Shown here in pieces: positions 1 through 10,071 of a stretch of 64,000 bases of DNA. The stretch is from positions 3,390,093 through 3,454,092 of the forward strand of contig OZ241347.1 in assembly GCA_965200295.1 (NCBI GenBank), written 5' to 3'. A program made the translations under genes and the position numbers. This DNA comes from Gammaproteobacteria bacterium. GTDB taxonomy: Bacteria > Pseudomonadota > Gammaproteobacteria > Eutrophobiales > Eutrophobiaceae. The number at the start of each line of letters is the position of its first letter. The stretch's first letter is position 1. The notes beneath the pieces are model-generated. The model was not told where the DNA came from, did no database searches, and saw nothing but the letters and a program-made list of their open reading frames with translations.

Positions 1-41
1 AACAGGTCATCAGTTTGCAAGAGTAGCAGGAGTCAAACAAC

Positions 42-674
42 ATGAACCGCCTCACCGCACTGGCCGGCTGCGCGCAAGCCGTCCTCGATTCTATCAGGCA
101 ACGCCTGAATTTCATCGGGCCGTTGTTACTCAGGTTGTATCTGGCGCCCGTGTTCTGGGTAGCGGGCAATAACAAGTGGAACCCGTTTGACGAAAACAGT
201 TCACTGGAGTCTGTGATCGAATGGTTTGGCAATCCTGACTGGGGGCTGGGGCTGCCCTTCCCCGCCCTGAACGCCTACCTGGCCTGGGGCGCGGAATATT
301 TCGGCGCCATCCTGTTGGCCTTGGGTCTGGCCACCCGTTGGATCTGCATCCCCTTGATGTTCACCATGCTCGTCGCCATGGTCACAGTGCATATCAGCCA
401 CGGCTGGCAAGCCGTGCATGACCTGAACAGCCCGTTCCCGGCAGCCGAGGCGGGCGCCGCCATCGAACGCCTGGACAAGGCCAAAAGCCTGCTGCGCGAG
501 CACGGCAACTACAACTGGCTGACGGAACACGGGAACCTGATCGTTGCCAACAACGGCATCGAATGGGCCGCCACCTATCTGGTCATGCTGTGCGCCCTGT
601 TCTTCCTGGGTGGCGGCAGGTATCTGAGCGTGGATTACTGGCTCAGGCGGCGCTACAAGCCCGGCGCGCCGTAG
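42..674 (+). CDS. DoxX-family inner-membrane protein
   Basis: 210 aa, multiple hydrophobic helices; N-terminus ([15 protein letters not shown]) resembles DoxX. ATG at 42. Confidence 0.55.
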   Translation: MNRLTALAGCAQAVLDSIRQRLNFIGPLLLRLYLAPVFWVAGNNKWNPFDENSSLESVIEWFGNPDWGLGLPFPALNAYLAWGAEYFGAILLALGLATRWICIPLMFTMLVAMVTVHISHGWQAVHDLNSPFPAAEAGAAIERLDKAKSLLREHGNYNWLTEHGNLIVANNGIEWAATYLVMLCALFFLGGGRYLSVDYWLRRRYKPGAP

Positions 675-717
675 CGGGAGCAGGCCGGCATTTCCCCGGC
701 GCCATGAAGGACAAACT

Positions 718-1044
718 GTGTCTGAACAACAACCACACGAACGTTATAACGAAGATCTGGCCCTGCTTGAGGACCGGCCCAGGCTCAAGCGCCCGCCGTT
801 GTACAAGGTGCTGCTGCTCAATGACGACTATACACCCATGGAATTTGTGGTGCATATCTTAGAAACGTTCTTTACCATGGACCGGCAGACCGCGACGCGC
901 ATCATGCTGGAAGTGCACACCCGCGGCATGGGGGTATGCGGCGTATTTACCCGCGATGTGGCCCAGACCAAGGTGGTGCAGGTCAACCATTATTCAAAGG
1001 AACACGAACATCCGTTAAAATGCACCATGGAGAAAGACAGCTGA
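718..1044 (+). CDS. clpS: ATP-dependent Clp protease adaptor ClpS
   Basis: 108 aa with ClpS core ([20 protein letters not shown]...[15 protein letters not shown]). GTG start preceded by AAGGA. Stop overlaps clpA start (TGATG). Confidence 0.85.
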   Translation: MSEQQPHERYNEDLALLEDRPRLKRPPLYKVLLLNDDYTPMEFVVHILETFFTMDRQTATRIMLEVHTRGMGVCGVFTRDVAQTKVVQVNHYSKEHEHPLKCTMEKDS

Positions 1045-3323
1045 TGCTTGATAAAGACCTGGAACAAACACTGAATGACGCGTTTCGCGCAGCCCGCGAG
1101 CAGCGCTATGAATTCGTGACGGTAGAACATCTGCTGCTGGCCTTGCTGCAAAACCCGGCGGCGCTCAAGGTGTTGCGTGCCTGTGGCGCCAACGTGGAAA
1201 CATTACAGGACGAATTGACGAATTTCATTGAGGATAACTCCCCACGCCTTGAAACCAATGACGAGCGTGAAACCCAGCCTACTCTGGGCTTTCAACGGGT
1301 ATTTCAACGCGCCGTGCAACACGTACAGTCCTCCGGCAAAAAGGAAGTCAGCGGCGCCAATATCCTGGTCGCCATTTTTGCCGAACGCGAATCCCACGCC
1401 GCGTTTTTCCTGCACCAGCAGGATGTGGCGCGCCTCGATGTGGTGAACTTCATCGCGCACGGTATTGCCAAACATCCCCAGGACGAAGCCGGACAGCCCG
1501 GCGCGGCAACTGAATTTGATGATTCCCGTCAGGATGAGGGTGCAAAAAAACCCCTGGAAGCATATACGACCGACCTCAACGAACAGGCCGGGCTCGGTCG
1601 CATAGACCCGCTCATCGGGCGCACGCATGAGGTGCAGCGCACCATCCAGATCCTGTGCCGACGGCGCAAGAATAACCCGTTGTTTGTGGGGGAAGCCGGC
1701 GTCGGTAAAACCGCCATCGCCGAAGGCATTGCCAAGCAGATCGTCGATAAGGAAGTGCCGGAAGTGCTGCACGACTGCACCATTTTTTCACTGGACATGG
1801 GCGCGCTGCTGGCCGGGACCCGCTATCGCGGCGATTTCGAGAAGCGCCTGAAAGGCGTGATTGCCGAGTTGATGAAAAAAGACGGCGCAATTTTGTTCAT
1901 CGACGAGATCCATACCATCATCGGCGCCGGCGCCGCCTCCGGGGCGGTCATGGATGCGTCCAATATCATCAAGCCGGCGCTGGCCTCCGGCGCCATCAAG
2001 TGCATCGGTTCCACCACCTACCAGGAGTTTCGCGGTATCTTCGAGAAAGACCGCGCGCTGGCGCGGCGCTTCCAGAAGATCGATGTGGTCGAACCTTCCA
2101 TCGACGAGACCATCAAGATCCTGCAAGGCTTGAAATCGCGCTTTGAGGAGCACCACCGCATACGTTACACACAGCAGGCGTTGCGCTCTGCGACGGAACT
2201 GGCGGAGCGTTACATCACCGACCGCCACCTGCCGGACAAGGCTATCGACGTCATCGACGAGGCCGGGGCCTCGCAGCAACTGCTGCCCCCTTCCCGGCGC
2301 AAAAAGACCATCGGGGTGCAGGACATCGAGGCTATCGTGGCAAAGGTCGCGCGTATCCCGCCGAAGACGGTCACCAGCTCGCACCGGGATACCATGAAGA
2401 ACCTGGAACGCAACCTGAAGATGGTGGTGTTCGGCCAGGATCAGGCTGTCGAAAGCCTGGCCACGGCCATCAAGATGGCGCGCTCGGGGCTGGGCAATCC
2501 CGAACAGCCCATCGGCGCGTTCCTGCTGGCCGGGCCTACCGGGGTGGGGAAAACCGAGCTCAGCAAACAACTGGCTAATGCGCTGGGCATCGAACTGCTG
2601 CGCTACGACATGTCCGAATACATGGAGCGCCACACGGTGTCGCGTCTGATCGGCGCGCCGCCGGGTTATGTGGGCTTTGATCAGGGCGGCCTGCTCACCG
2701 ATGAGATCAACAAACATCCCCACAGTGTGCTGCTATTAGACGAGATGGAAAAGGCCCACCCCGACGTGTTCAACCTGATGCTGCAGGTGATGGACCACGG
2801 CACCCTTACCGACACCAACGGGCGCCATATCGACTTCCGCAACGTGATCCTCATTATGACCACCAACGCCGGCGCCGAACGCATCAGCCGCGCCTCGGTC
2901 GGCTTCACCCGGCAGGACCACAGCTCGGACGCCCTGGAGATCATCAACAAGACCTTCAGCCCGGAGTTCCGCAACCGCCTCAGCGCCATCATCGAATTCA
3001 ACCCCCTGGACCGCAACACTATCCTCGACGTAGTGGATAAATTCCTGGTCGAACTGCAAGCGCAGTTGGATGAGAAAAAAGTCGTCATCGACGTAGCCGA
3101 ACCGGCCCGCCTGTGGCTGGCGCAACACGGCTACGACAAAATCATGGGCGCCCGCCCCATGGCCCGCCTCATCCAGGACAAGATCAAAAAACCACTGGCC
3201 GAAGAACTGCTGTTCGGCAAACTCCTGCACGGCGGCCACGTCATCGTCTCCGCGACCGCAGACGAGATTACCATTGAGATAGAGGAAGAGGAATTGGCCG
3301 AAGCGGCGTTGGCTACGGATTAA
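1044..3323 (+). CDS. clpA: ATP-dependent Clp protease ATP-binding subunit ClpA
   Basis: Two AAA+ modules (GEAGVGKTAIAEG and GPTGVGKTELSKQLA Walker A), ClpA N-domain and C-terminal D2-small domain. Start chosen at the ATG overlapping the clpS stop. Confidence 0.9.
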   Translation: MLDKDLEQTLNDAFRAAREQRYEFVTVEHLLLALLQNPAALKVLRACGANVETLQDELTNFIEDNSPRLETNDERETQPTLGFQRVFQRAVQHVQSSGKKEVSGANILVAIFAERESHAAFFLHQQDVARLDVVNFIAHGIAKHPQDEAGQPGAATEFDDSRQDEGAKKPLEAYTTDLNEQAGLGRIDPLIGRTHEVQRTIQILCRRRKNNPLFVGEAGVGKTAIAEGIAKQIVDKEVPEVLHDCTIFSLDMGALLAGTRYRGDFEKRLKGVIAELMKKDGAILFIDEIHTIIGAGAASGAVMDASNIIKPALASGAIKCIGSTTYQEFRGIFEKDRALARRFQKIDVVEPSIDETIKILQGLKSRFEEHHRIRYTQQALRSATELAERYITDRHLPDKAIDVIDEAGASQQLLPPSRRKKTIGVQDIEAIVAKVARIPPKTVTSSHRDTMKNLERNLKMVVFGQDQAVESLATAIKMARSGLGNPEQPIGAFLLAGPTGVGKTELSKQLANALGIELLRYDMSEYMERHTVSRLIGAPPGYVGFDQGGLLTDEINKHPHSVLLLDEMEKAHPDVFNLMLQVMDHGTLTDTNGRHIDFRNVILIMTTNAGAERISRASVGFTRQDHSSDALEIINKTFSPEFRNRLSAIIEFNPLDRNTILDVVDKFLVELQAQLDEKKVVIDVAEPARLWLAQHGYDKIMGARPMARLIQDKIKKPLAEELLFGKLLHGGHVIVSATADEITIEIEEEELAEAALATD

Positions 3324-3403
3324 CGCCGTTCACTTGTAGCGCCGGATGTTGTTTGCGTTCCAGGTTATCGTTGCAGCTGGCGCCGGCGATGGTAGCGACC
3401 AGT

Positions 3404-4234
3404 TCAATTTTCAAGCTCATACTCTGCTGCGTCCTCACGTATCTCCAGCGCGTTGCTCTCATCCTCAAGTAAACCGCGGACTGCCTCATAAACCTCAAGA
3501 TGATTCAACGATTTTCCGGAACGCAGGCGCATGAACCTGATAACGTGTGCAGGCGTAACATCAGGGAGGTTAAGAGATGCCTCAATCGCTACTGGCTTTC
3601 TTGCCGCCTGAAGGTCAAGAAAGCTGACTGTCACCAGGCTCCTTCGGTGTTTGCGAGGACGCGCATTCAATTGCCAGAACTCAACCACACCCTTGTCCCG
3701 GTAACTCAGACGCTTTTCCTTTGCTTCGTGCGTAAGTCCTACTTCAACCACCAGGTCCGCGGGCACCCGGAACGTGTACGCATCGCCCTCTTCCTCACTC
3801 CGGGCATGTGCCTGAACATAATCCAGCGCTTTGCGTCCAAAGTAGAAACTGCAATCTGCCTCGTTGCCGGTGTTCTTCGGTTCATATTCACGACGCCAGC
3901 GAGTATTACGCAACTGTTCTATCCTGACCCCTTGCAAGGTGGCAACACAACTGACAAAACGGTCGATATCGCCGGTAACCCACTCATGTCTTCCGCTTGG
4001 CGCCATCAACATCACCAGACCTCGCACCGGGTCCAGCACTACCCGCCGGAAGGCATTTACCAGACCGGATTCAGCCATTGCGGCTACCTCATCCCGGCTT
4101 GCGCGAAAAGTCACGTACTCCGAGCCAAACGATGTTCGCTTGACCTGCTTTAAGTGTTCGCGTAATTTGTCCTCTATATTCGGAGAGTCAAGGTTGGCAG
4201 GCAGTGTGGTTGCGCTATACATAATATCCTTCAT
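3404..4234 (-). CDS. Uma2-family (DUF820) PD-(D/E)xK putative endonuclease
   Basis: 276 aa; motif PADLVVEVGLTHEAKEK...VVEFWQL matches the Uma2 PD..EVK core, with a longer N-terminal extension than typical. Confidence 0.5.
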   Translation of the reverse strand: MKDIMYSATTLPANLDSPNIEDKLREHLKQVKRTSFGSEYVTFRASRDEVAAMAESGLVNAFRRVVLDPVRGLVMLMAPSGRHEWVTGDIDRFVSCVATLQGVRIEQLRNTRWRREYEPKNTGNEADCSFYFGRKALDYVQAHARSEEEGDAYTFRVPADLVVEVGLTHEAKEKRLSYRDKGVVEFWQLNARPRKHRRSLVTVSFLDLQAARKPVAIEASLNLPDVTPAHVIRFMRLRSGKSLNHLEVYEAVRGLLEDESNALEIREDAAEYELEN

Positions 4235-4412
4235 GAATCTTCGGCCAACAGGTGAGCAAGCGCCAGCGATGTATCAAGGTAGGACACCGCTCACTGCGGT
4301 CATCGTCCAGTTCACCCAGAATCTCACTCAAAGCGGCGACTGGTATTGTTGGCGGTGGTTCCGCTGTTTCGCCCAGCTTGCTGCTCAGTGTCTTAATGCT
4401 AACTGATTTCAT
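4215..4412 (-). CDS. small hypothetical protein (possible partner of the Uma2 gene)
   Basis: 65-aa ORF overlapping the Uma2 start by 20 nt. No recognisable motif. Confidence 0.2.
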   Translation of the reverse strand: MKSVSIKTLSSKLGETAEPPPTIPVAALSEILGELDDDRSERCPTLIHRWRLLTCWPKIHEGYYV

Positions 4413-4474
4413 GAGTAACAGAGTAGCAATCAGTAGCTACTTTTTCAAATGTTGTCTGCCAGGGGGAAGGACCC

Positions 4475-4807
4475 GTGGCCAAGAATTTCGCTCCTTGGCT
4501 ACACCTGAAAAACCGCGACAACTGGGACAAACCGTCGGATGCCAGAGATGATAACGCCCATCTGATGGTGCAATGCATGGAAACCTGGTTTCTTGCAGAC
4601 AAAGACTCGTTGGCAGCTTTTTTCGGAAACGGTTTTAACAGTAATGCCCTGCCGAAGCAAACGGATATCGAAAACATACCCAAAGACGACATCACCAGCG
4701 GGATGAGAAGGGCGACAACCCGATGCAAGCCGAAAGGCGTATATCATAAGGTAACCTCTAAAAATGCCCTCCGTGGCATTTTTAGACACGGAAATGAAAA
4801 AGTGTGA
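4475..4807 (+). pseudogene. C-terminal fragment resembling a DUF4276-type protein
   Basis: 110-aa ORF (LMVQCMETWFLADKDSLAAFFGNGF) with no plausible N-terminal domain and no RBS. It runs into a MITE-like repeat, so likely a remnant. Confidence 0.25.
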
Positions 4808-4903
4808 TTTTTCATTTCCTTCATTTTCAAGCACTTACGTGCTTAAAAATGGCAGCACATCCCTGTGCTGCACGGTCACCTCTAATTAATAGAGGTGACC
4901 ATA
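4751..4903. repeat. MITE/REP-like multi-hairpin element, full copy (hairpins A-B-C-D-E)
   Basis: Five consecutive near-perfect stem-loops (cctctaaaaatgcc..ggcatttttaga; ggaaatgaaaaa..tttttcatttcc; aagcac ttac gtgctt; gcagcaca..tgtgctgc; ggtcacctcta..tagaggtgacc). The same modules recur at 24866-25015 in inverted order. Confidence 0.75.
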
Positions 4904-5138
4904 AGGGGAATCATTCATTCGCCATTCTCGCCCAACTGAACCCCGATAAGGTCATGGAGCTTTCACCTCATGCAAACCGGCTTGTTGAAACTTTGTCGGA
5001 TAAGGCCATAGCAAGATGAGGAAAAGAAGCTTCCCTAACGACATGACAAAAAAATGACAATCGCATCAAACTCTTAACATCTTTTTCATATAAATCTCCA
5101 CAAGTTGTCACATTTTTTCGGGAAAATCTGTTTCCCAA

Positions 5139-5945
5139 ATGGCAACAGCTATCTCGAATATAGAGCGGGTTCGTCCGCTTCATTACCGGAGTATTTTTAT
5201 TTCGGATGTGCACCTGGGGTTTTCCGGGTGCAGCGCTGATTATCTGCTGGACTTTTTGCGCTCCACCACCTGCGATTATCTTTACCTGGTCGGGGACATC
5301 ATCGACATCTGGCAGATGAAGAAGAAGATTCACTGGCCGCAGGTGCATAATGACGTCATCAGGACGCTGCTGGGCAAGGCCAAATATGGCACCAAAATCA
5401 TTTATGTGCCCGGCAACCATGACGAATTGCTGCGAGATTTTGATGCCACCGTGCTTGGCAACCTGGAAATCCACAACGAATACGTGCATGTGACCCGCAA
5501 CGGGCAACGCTTCTTAGTCTTGCACGGCGACCAGTTTGACGGTTTTATCAGGCATTCCAAAATACTCTCGCTGCTCGGCAGTTCCCTCTATGAAATGCTG
5601 CTGGGCCTGAACCGGGTGGTCAATTTCTTTCGGCGCAAGCTGGGCTTTTCTTACTGGTCGCTCGCCAATGTGCTCAAGCAAAAGGTGAAACACGCGGTGC
5701 AATACATCAGCAATTTCGAGGCCGCGCTGGCATATACCGCCAAACAGCATAATGTTGACGGGCTGGTTGCAGGGCACATACACCGCGCTGAAATTTCCGA
5801 GATAGACGACATCATTTACTGCAACTGCGGGGACTGGGTGGAGAGCTGCACCGCCCTGGTCGAAAAAAACGACGGCAACCTGGAGTTGCTGTTCTGGACG
5901 GAGACCACTGCCACCCTGAAGACCCACGAAGCCCGGGTTGCCTAG
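5139..5945 (+). CDS. calcineurin-like metallophosphoesterase (LpxH/UDP-2,3-diacylglucosamine diphosphatase-like)
   Basis: 268 aa with ordered metallophosphatase motifs (SDVHLG, GDIIDIW, GNHDE, VLHGDQFD, GHIHR) as in the LpxH family. Confidence 0.55.
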   Translation: MATAISNIERVRPLHYRSIFISDVHLGFSGCSADYLLDFLRSTTCDYLYLVGDIIDIWQMKKKIHWPQVHNDVIRTLLGKAKYGTKIIYVPGNHDELLRDFDATVLGNLEIHNEYVHVTRNGQRFLVLHGDQFDGFIRHSKILSLLGSSLYEMLLGLNRVVNFFRRKLGFSYWSLANVLKQKVKHAVQYISNFEAALAYTAKQHNVDGLVAGHIHRAEISEIDDIIYCNCGDWVESCTALVEKNDGNLELLFWTETTATLKTHEARVA

Positions 5946-6048
5946 CGCTGTTGCCATTTAATTCCGGCATGTTCATCGGCATGGGAGCAGTTGCGAGGCA
6001 GACGCGCCGGGCAGGGACCGGCGTGACCTGGCCGGGACGCGACAAGCC

Positions 6049-7095
6049 ATGAGAATCGCCATTGTTACCGATGCCTGGAAACCCCAGGTCAACGGTGTCG
6101 CCGTCACTTATGAAAACCTGGGGCGGCAACTGGAGTTGCTGGGGCATGAGCTGCGTTACATCGCCCCCGAGGAATTCAGGACCATGCCCTGCCCCAGCTA
6201 TCCCAGCATCAGGCTGGCTATCTTCCCGCGCCTGCGGATTGCCAAAAAACTGCGGGAGTTTGCCCCGCAGGCCATCCATGTTGCCACCGAAGGCCCGCTG
6301 GGACATGCGGCGCGCAGTTATTGCCTCAGCCACGGGCTGCCGTTCACCACATCCTTTCATACGCAATTTCCCGAATATATCCGTCTGCGCGCGCCGGTGC
6401 CCGTGCGCTGGTCATACACTTACCTGAGACGCTTTCATGGGCCGGCGCGACACACCTTTGTGCCCACGGAATCGCAACGGAACAAGTTGCTGGGGAAAGG
6501 TTTTGACAACATTGTCGTCGTCTCTCGCGGCGTCGATACCAGGCTGTTCAAACCGGCTGCAAAGTCCTTCCTGGACGGCCCGCGCCCGATCTTTTTATAC
6601 ATGGGGCGCGTGGCGTTGGAAAAAAACATCGAAGCCTTCCTGCAACTGGACCTGCCGGGCAGCAAGGCGGTTGTCGGTGACGGCCCGGATCTGGAGCGAC
6701 TGCGACAACAATACCCGGCAGTGTTGTTTACCGGCTTCAAATTCGGCGCCGAGTTAAGCCGGCATCTTGCCGCCGCCGATGTGTTCGTCTTTCCCAGCCT
6801 GACCGATACGTTCGGCATTGTGCTGTTAGAGGCAATGGCTTGCGGCCTGCCCGTCGCCGCCTACCCGGTCACCGGCCCCATAGATGTGGTCAGGAACGGC
6901 GTCACCGGTGTGCTCGATGACGACCTTGGCAAAGCCGCGCGGGCCGCGCTGGCGCTGGACCCGGCGGCCTGCACGGCACACGCCCGACAATACTCGTGGA
7001 AAGCCTGTGCACAAGTGTTCCTCGAATACCTGGCGCGCATCTCACCGGGGCGGGAGCCTTCCTGTCTGTTGGCTTCCTGGTCAAGCCTGCCCTGA
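6049..7095 (+). CDS. glycosyltransferase, GT4/GT1 family
   Basis: 348 aa; N-terminal MRIAIVTDAWKPQVNGVA and C-terminal E..E retaining-GT motif region (FVFPSLTDTFGIVLLEAMACGLPV). Confidence 0.7.
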   Translation: MRIAIVTDAWKPQVNGVAVTYENLGRQLELLGHELRYIAPEEFRTMPCPSYPSIRLAIFPRLRIAKKLREFAPQAIHVATEGPLGHAARSYCLSHGLPFTTSFHTQFPEYIRLRAPVPVRWSYTYLRRFHGPARHTFVPTESQRNKLLGKGFDNIVVVSRGVDTRLFKPAAKSFLDGPRPIFLYMGRVALEKNIEAFLQLDLPGSKAVVGDGPDLERLRQQYPAVLFTGFKFGAELSRHLAAADVFVFPSLTDTFGIVLLEAMACGLPVAAYPVTGPIDVVRNGVTGVLDDDLGKAARAALALDPAACTAHARQYSWKACAQVFLEYLARISPGREPSCLLASWSSLP

Positions 7096-7193
7096 CCCCC
7101 GAGGCAGGGCCCGGAATGACGAACGGGGGCAATTTCTGCTCGTCATTCCGGCGCCGGCCTGCCCTGGCGTATTTTTCGATATAATGCGGAGCC

Positions 7194-8456
7194 ATGCCTG
7201 CTCCCTGTTCTCTGCTCCCTGACCCGCGCTGGTGGCTGTTCGGTATCGCCAGCCTGTTCTTCTTCTTTATCACGGCGGCCACCTTCAGTTCCCTGGGTGT
7301 GGCATTGCCTTATATGATCGAGGAATATGCCTGGAGCTGGTCCGAGGCTGGCGCCGGGTTTTCCCTGTTGGCGTTGATGGTGGGGCTGACGGGCGCACTA
7401 CCGGCCTGGACCATAAGGCGCGGCGGTATCCGGGCGACCTACGTATCGGGCGCAGCGGTGATGGCCTGCGGGTTTATCCTGATTGCCGCGGGAACCGGAT
7501 TACACCTGTACTGGGCCGGCGCCGGCCTGCTGGGCGTGGGCTTTGCCCTGTGCGCCACCGTGCCCGGTATCCACTTGATCAACGACTGGTTGCCCGAACG
7601 CCGCTCGTTCGCCATCGGCTTGTACATGACCTTAGGCGGCCTGGGCGCAGTGGCGGGACCGCCGCTCGTAACCGCTATCATCGGTCATACCGACTCCTGG
7701 CGCCTGCACTGGTGGGCCATGACCGGCGCCACACTGGCGCTAATGCTGCTTGCTGCGATCTTTATCCGGCCGCGCCCGACCGGCGCCGACGCAACAGCGG
7801 CGCCACAGCAGGAGGAAACCTCGGCGCAGGTATTTCGCACCCGCGCCGACTGGCGCTACCGCGAAGCACTGCGCACGCCCCAGTATTACGTGATCGTAGC
7901 GGCGCTGACACTGACCCTGCTGTGCACCCTGACCATGAACAGTTGGGCGTTCACCCACCTGGGGATGCTGGGCATATCCACCGCGCTGGCCACGCTGGCG
8001 CTAAGCGCCGCCGGCGCAGTCAACGCCCTGTCACGCGCCCTGGGCGGCCTGCTTGCCACCCGCATAGACCCCAAATGGTTGCTGGTGGCGGCGCTTGTCA
8101 GTGAAATGATCGGTATGCTGGCCCTGTCGGTTGCGGATAACCCGTTGATACTGACCGTGTTCGCCATCGGCGAGGGCTTCGGCTTTGGTTTATGTTTCCT
8201 GGCCACCGCGCTGCTGCTGCTGAACTATTTCGGCGAGCGGGACAACCCGGAACTGCTCGGCACTATGAACTTCCTCACCACCATCGCCATGATCGGCCCG
8301 GTCCTGGCCGGCTACCTGGCCGGCAAGTCCGGCGGTTTCTCCGGCGCGTTCCAACTGAACGCAGCACTGTTATTGCTGCTCATCGTCGTCGTCGCCGCCA
8401 TGAAACCTCCCCGACAACGAGAAGCTGTCACAGACCGCGGCGCTGGCGCCGGGTGA
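7194..8456 (+). CDS. MFS transporter
   Basis: 420 aa, about 12 predicted TM segments, two six-helix halves separated by a charged loop. Confidence 0.65.
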   Translation: MPAPCSLLPDPRWWLFGIASLFFFFITAATFSSLGVALPYMIEEYAWSWSEAGAGFSLLALMVGLTGALPAWTIRRGGIRATYVSGAAVMACGFILIAAGTGLHLYWAGAGLLGVGFALCATVPGIHLINDWLPERRSFAIGLYMTLGGLGAVAGPPLVTAIIGHTDSWRLHWWAMTGATLALMLLAAIFIRPRPTGADATAAPQQEETSAQVFRTRADWRYREALRTPQYYVIVAALTLTLLCTLTMNSWAFTHLGMLGISTALATLALSAAGAVNALSRALGGLLATRIDPKWLLVAALVSEMIGMLALSVADNPLILTVFAIGEGFGFGLCFLATALLLLNYFGERDNPELLGTMNFLTTIAMIGPVLAGYLAGKSGGFSGAFQLNAALLLLLIVVVAAMKPPRQREAVTDRGAGAG

Positions 8457-8611
8457 CAGCTATTCCCGCTAAATACCGGGGTTAGCGGGAACTACCGGGC
8501 AGGCAGCAGCGTGAATGAGCTGGAATGACATGGTAACCTCTAAAAATGCCCTCCGTGGCATTTTTAGGGGCGCCTATATGCTACACTGGGCGAAAAGCAG
8601 AGGAACACACA

Positions 8612-9112
8612 ATGCGGCAGCAGTCTGAGAATGCGCTCCACCTGGTCAGGTCTTTGTTGAAATATTGTGACATTGACCTCGAAGAGATAGGAGATGAAGG
8701 CAAGGTGCTTGTCTCCATTGATTACGATATCACCGTTCTTGTCGTTATCGAAGACAGTCTCATCCATTTTCTCTGCACCATCGGGCCCGTTATTGAAAGT
8801 GAGACGTTTTACCGCGACCTCCTCCACGCCAACTTCCGCAGTTGTACCCAGGCGGACTACAGCTATGCCATAGAGCCCGAAAGCGGCGAGTTACTGATGT
8901 CCCTGATGATACAGAGTGACGGCGCCGAGACGAACGCGTTCATACATACGTTTGAAGAGTTTGTGCGGTACGCCGAGACCTGGAAAACGTCATTGCAAGC
9001 GGGCGCGGCACACGTCCCGGAAAGAATGGCCGGGCCACCGTCCCGGGAACCCACCGGGGAGGTGGCGCCGGGCAGTGCGGACCGCATGCAACCTGAGTTT
9101 ATCAAGGTGTAG
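8612..9112 (+). CDS. CesT/SycE-like (YbjN-like) chaperone-fold protein
   Basis: Start moved to the MRQQ ATG after a REP hairpin. Small acidic protein; pattern LHLVRSLLKYCDIDLEE..GKVLVSID...FEEFVRYAETWKTSL resembles class I T3SS chaperone / YbjN fold. Confidence 0.4.
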   Translation: MRQQSENALHLVRSLLKYCDIDLEEIGDEGKVLVSIDYDITVLVVIEDSLIHFLCTIGPVIESETFYRDLLHANFRSCTQADYSYAIEPESGELLMSLMIQSDGAETNAFIHTFEEFVRYAETWKTSLQAGAAHVPERMAGPPSREPTGEVAPGSADRMQPEFIKV

Positions 9113-9164
9113 CAGCTGTTACGGCAGGCGGCTTACCGAAACCCGAACAAATGAGGACCTGACC

Positions 9165-9689
9165 ATGATACCACGCGCCCACCACCATTATCATTCACCC
9201 AAAAATGTAACCAATGTCAGACAACAGCCGCCAACGATAAGCCGGCAGCAACGGCTTGGCTCGCTGCTGCAAGAGGCGCGGGTTGCCGGCAAGTCCATCG
9301 ACCAGCAAGGCAAACTTGTCGGCCGCTCGGCAAGCAGTGGCATTATGGGCACTGTTGTCAGCCTGATGGTGAAGATGGGCATCGCCAAAGAGGGCAAACT
9401 GATGGGCCGCGTCGCCACGGCGCTGGTGGGGAAAGAAAATTTTGACTTGATCAGGAATCAGAAAGAACTGCAAAAAACCAGCATCAACAACGTGTTAAAA
9501 CTGCTGGAGGAGATTGAAAGCAAGGGGTTGGAACCCCGTGCGCAGGCGGCAGTGAGCAGAGTCATCAACTCGGAGTTCAACGAGAATACCCCGATCAGCA
9601 GCATGACCGGAAAGGACTTTGACAACCTGCACAAAGTAATCCAGGACCAGGTTATACCCCAGGCAACAGGGCAAAGCCGGCACGACTGA
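9165..9689 (+). CDS. hypothetical protein (possible cargo of the chaperone-like gene)
   Basis: 174 aa from the ATG at 9165 with GAGGA 9 nt upstream. No recognisable domain. Followed by a REP hairpin. Confidence 0.4.
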   Translation: MIPRAHHHYHSPKNVTNVRQQPPTISRQQRLGSLLQEARVAGKSIDQQGKLVGRSASSGIMGTVVSLMVKMGIAKEGKLMGRVATALVGKENFDLIRNQKELQKTSINNVLKLLEEIESKGLEPRAQAAVSRVINSEFNENTPISSMTGKDFDNLHKVIQDQVIPQATGQSRHD

Positions 9690-9813
9690 GCCGGAATGCC
9701 GTCAAACTTACGGGAACCTCTAAAACGCCCTCCATGGTATTTTTAGAGGCGCCTGTTACAGACACCCCCGAAATGTCAAGGAGGCATTTTTAAGGTTCAG
9801 GGAGGGAGAGTTC

Positions 9814-10056
9814 CTATGTTTCGTGGTCTTCGTCATCTTCCACCGGCATCTTGATGCTGCGGGCGGGGACGATGGTGGAGATTGCGTGTTTATAGACCAA
9901 CTGACTCACCGAGTTTTTCAGTAATATCACGAACTGGTCAAAGGATTCGACCTGCCCCTGTAACTTGATACCGTTAGCAAGGTAAATGGACACGGGCACC
10001 CGTTCCTTGCGTAAAGTATTCAGGAATGGGTCCTGGAGGGTTTGCCCCTTACTCAT
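9814..10056 (-). CDS. hfq: RNA chaperone Hfq
   Basis: 80 aa; Sm motif [57 protein letters not shown]. Confidence 0.95.
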   Translation of the reverse strand: MSKGQTLQDPFLNTLRKERVPVSIYLANGIKLQGQVESFDQFVILLKNSVSQLVYKHAISTIVPARSIKMPVEDDEDHET

Positions 10057-10071
10057 AATGACACCTCGTCG

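Noticed and set aside
1788-2723. Long antisense or overlapping ORFs inside GC-rich housekeeping genes (1788..2723 -, 22725..23612 -, 29531..30601 +, 28842..30182 -, 31568..33172 +, 33611..34273 +, 47096..47734 -, 57957..58907 +, 56742..57530 +)
   Set aside because: High GC content suppresses stop codons on the antisense strand. The translations are Arg/Ala/Gly/Pro-rich with no motifs, and each is wholly contained in a confidently identified gene.
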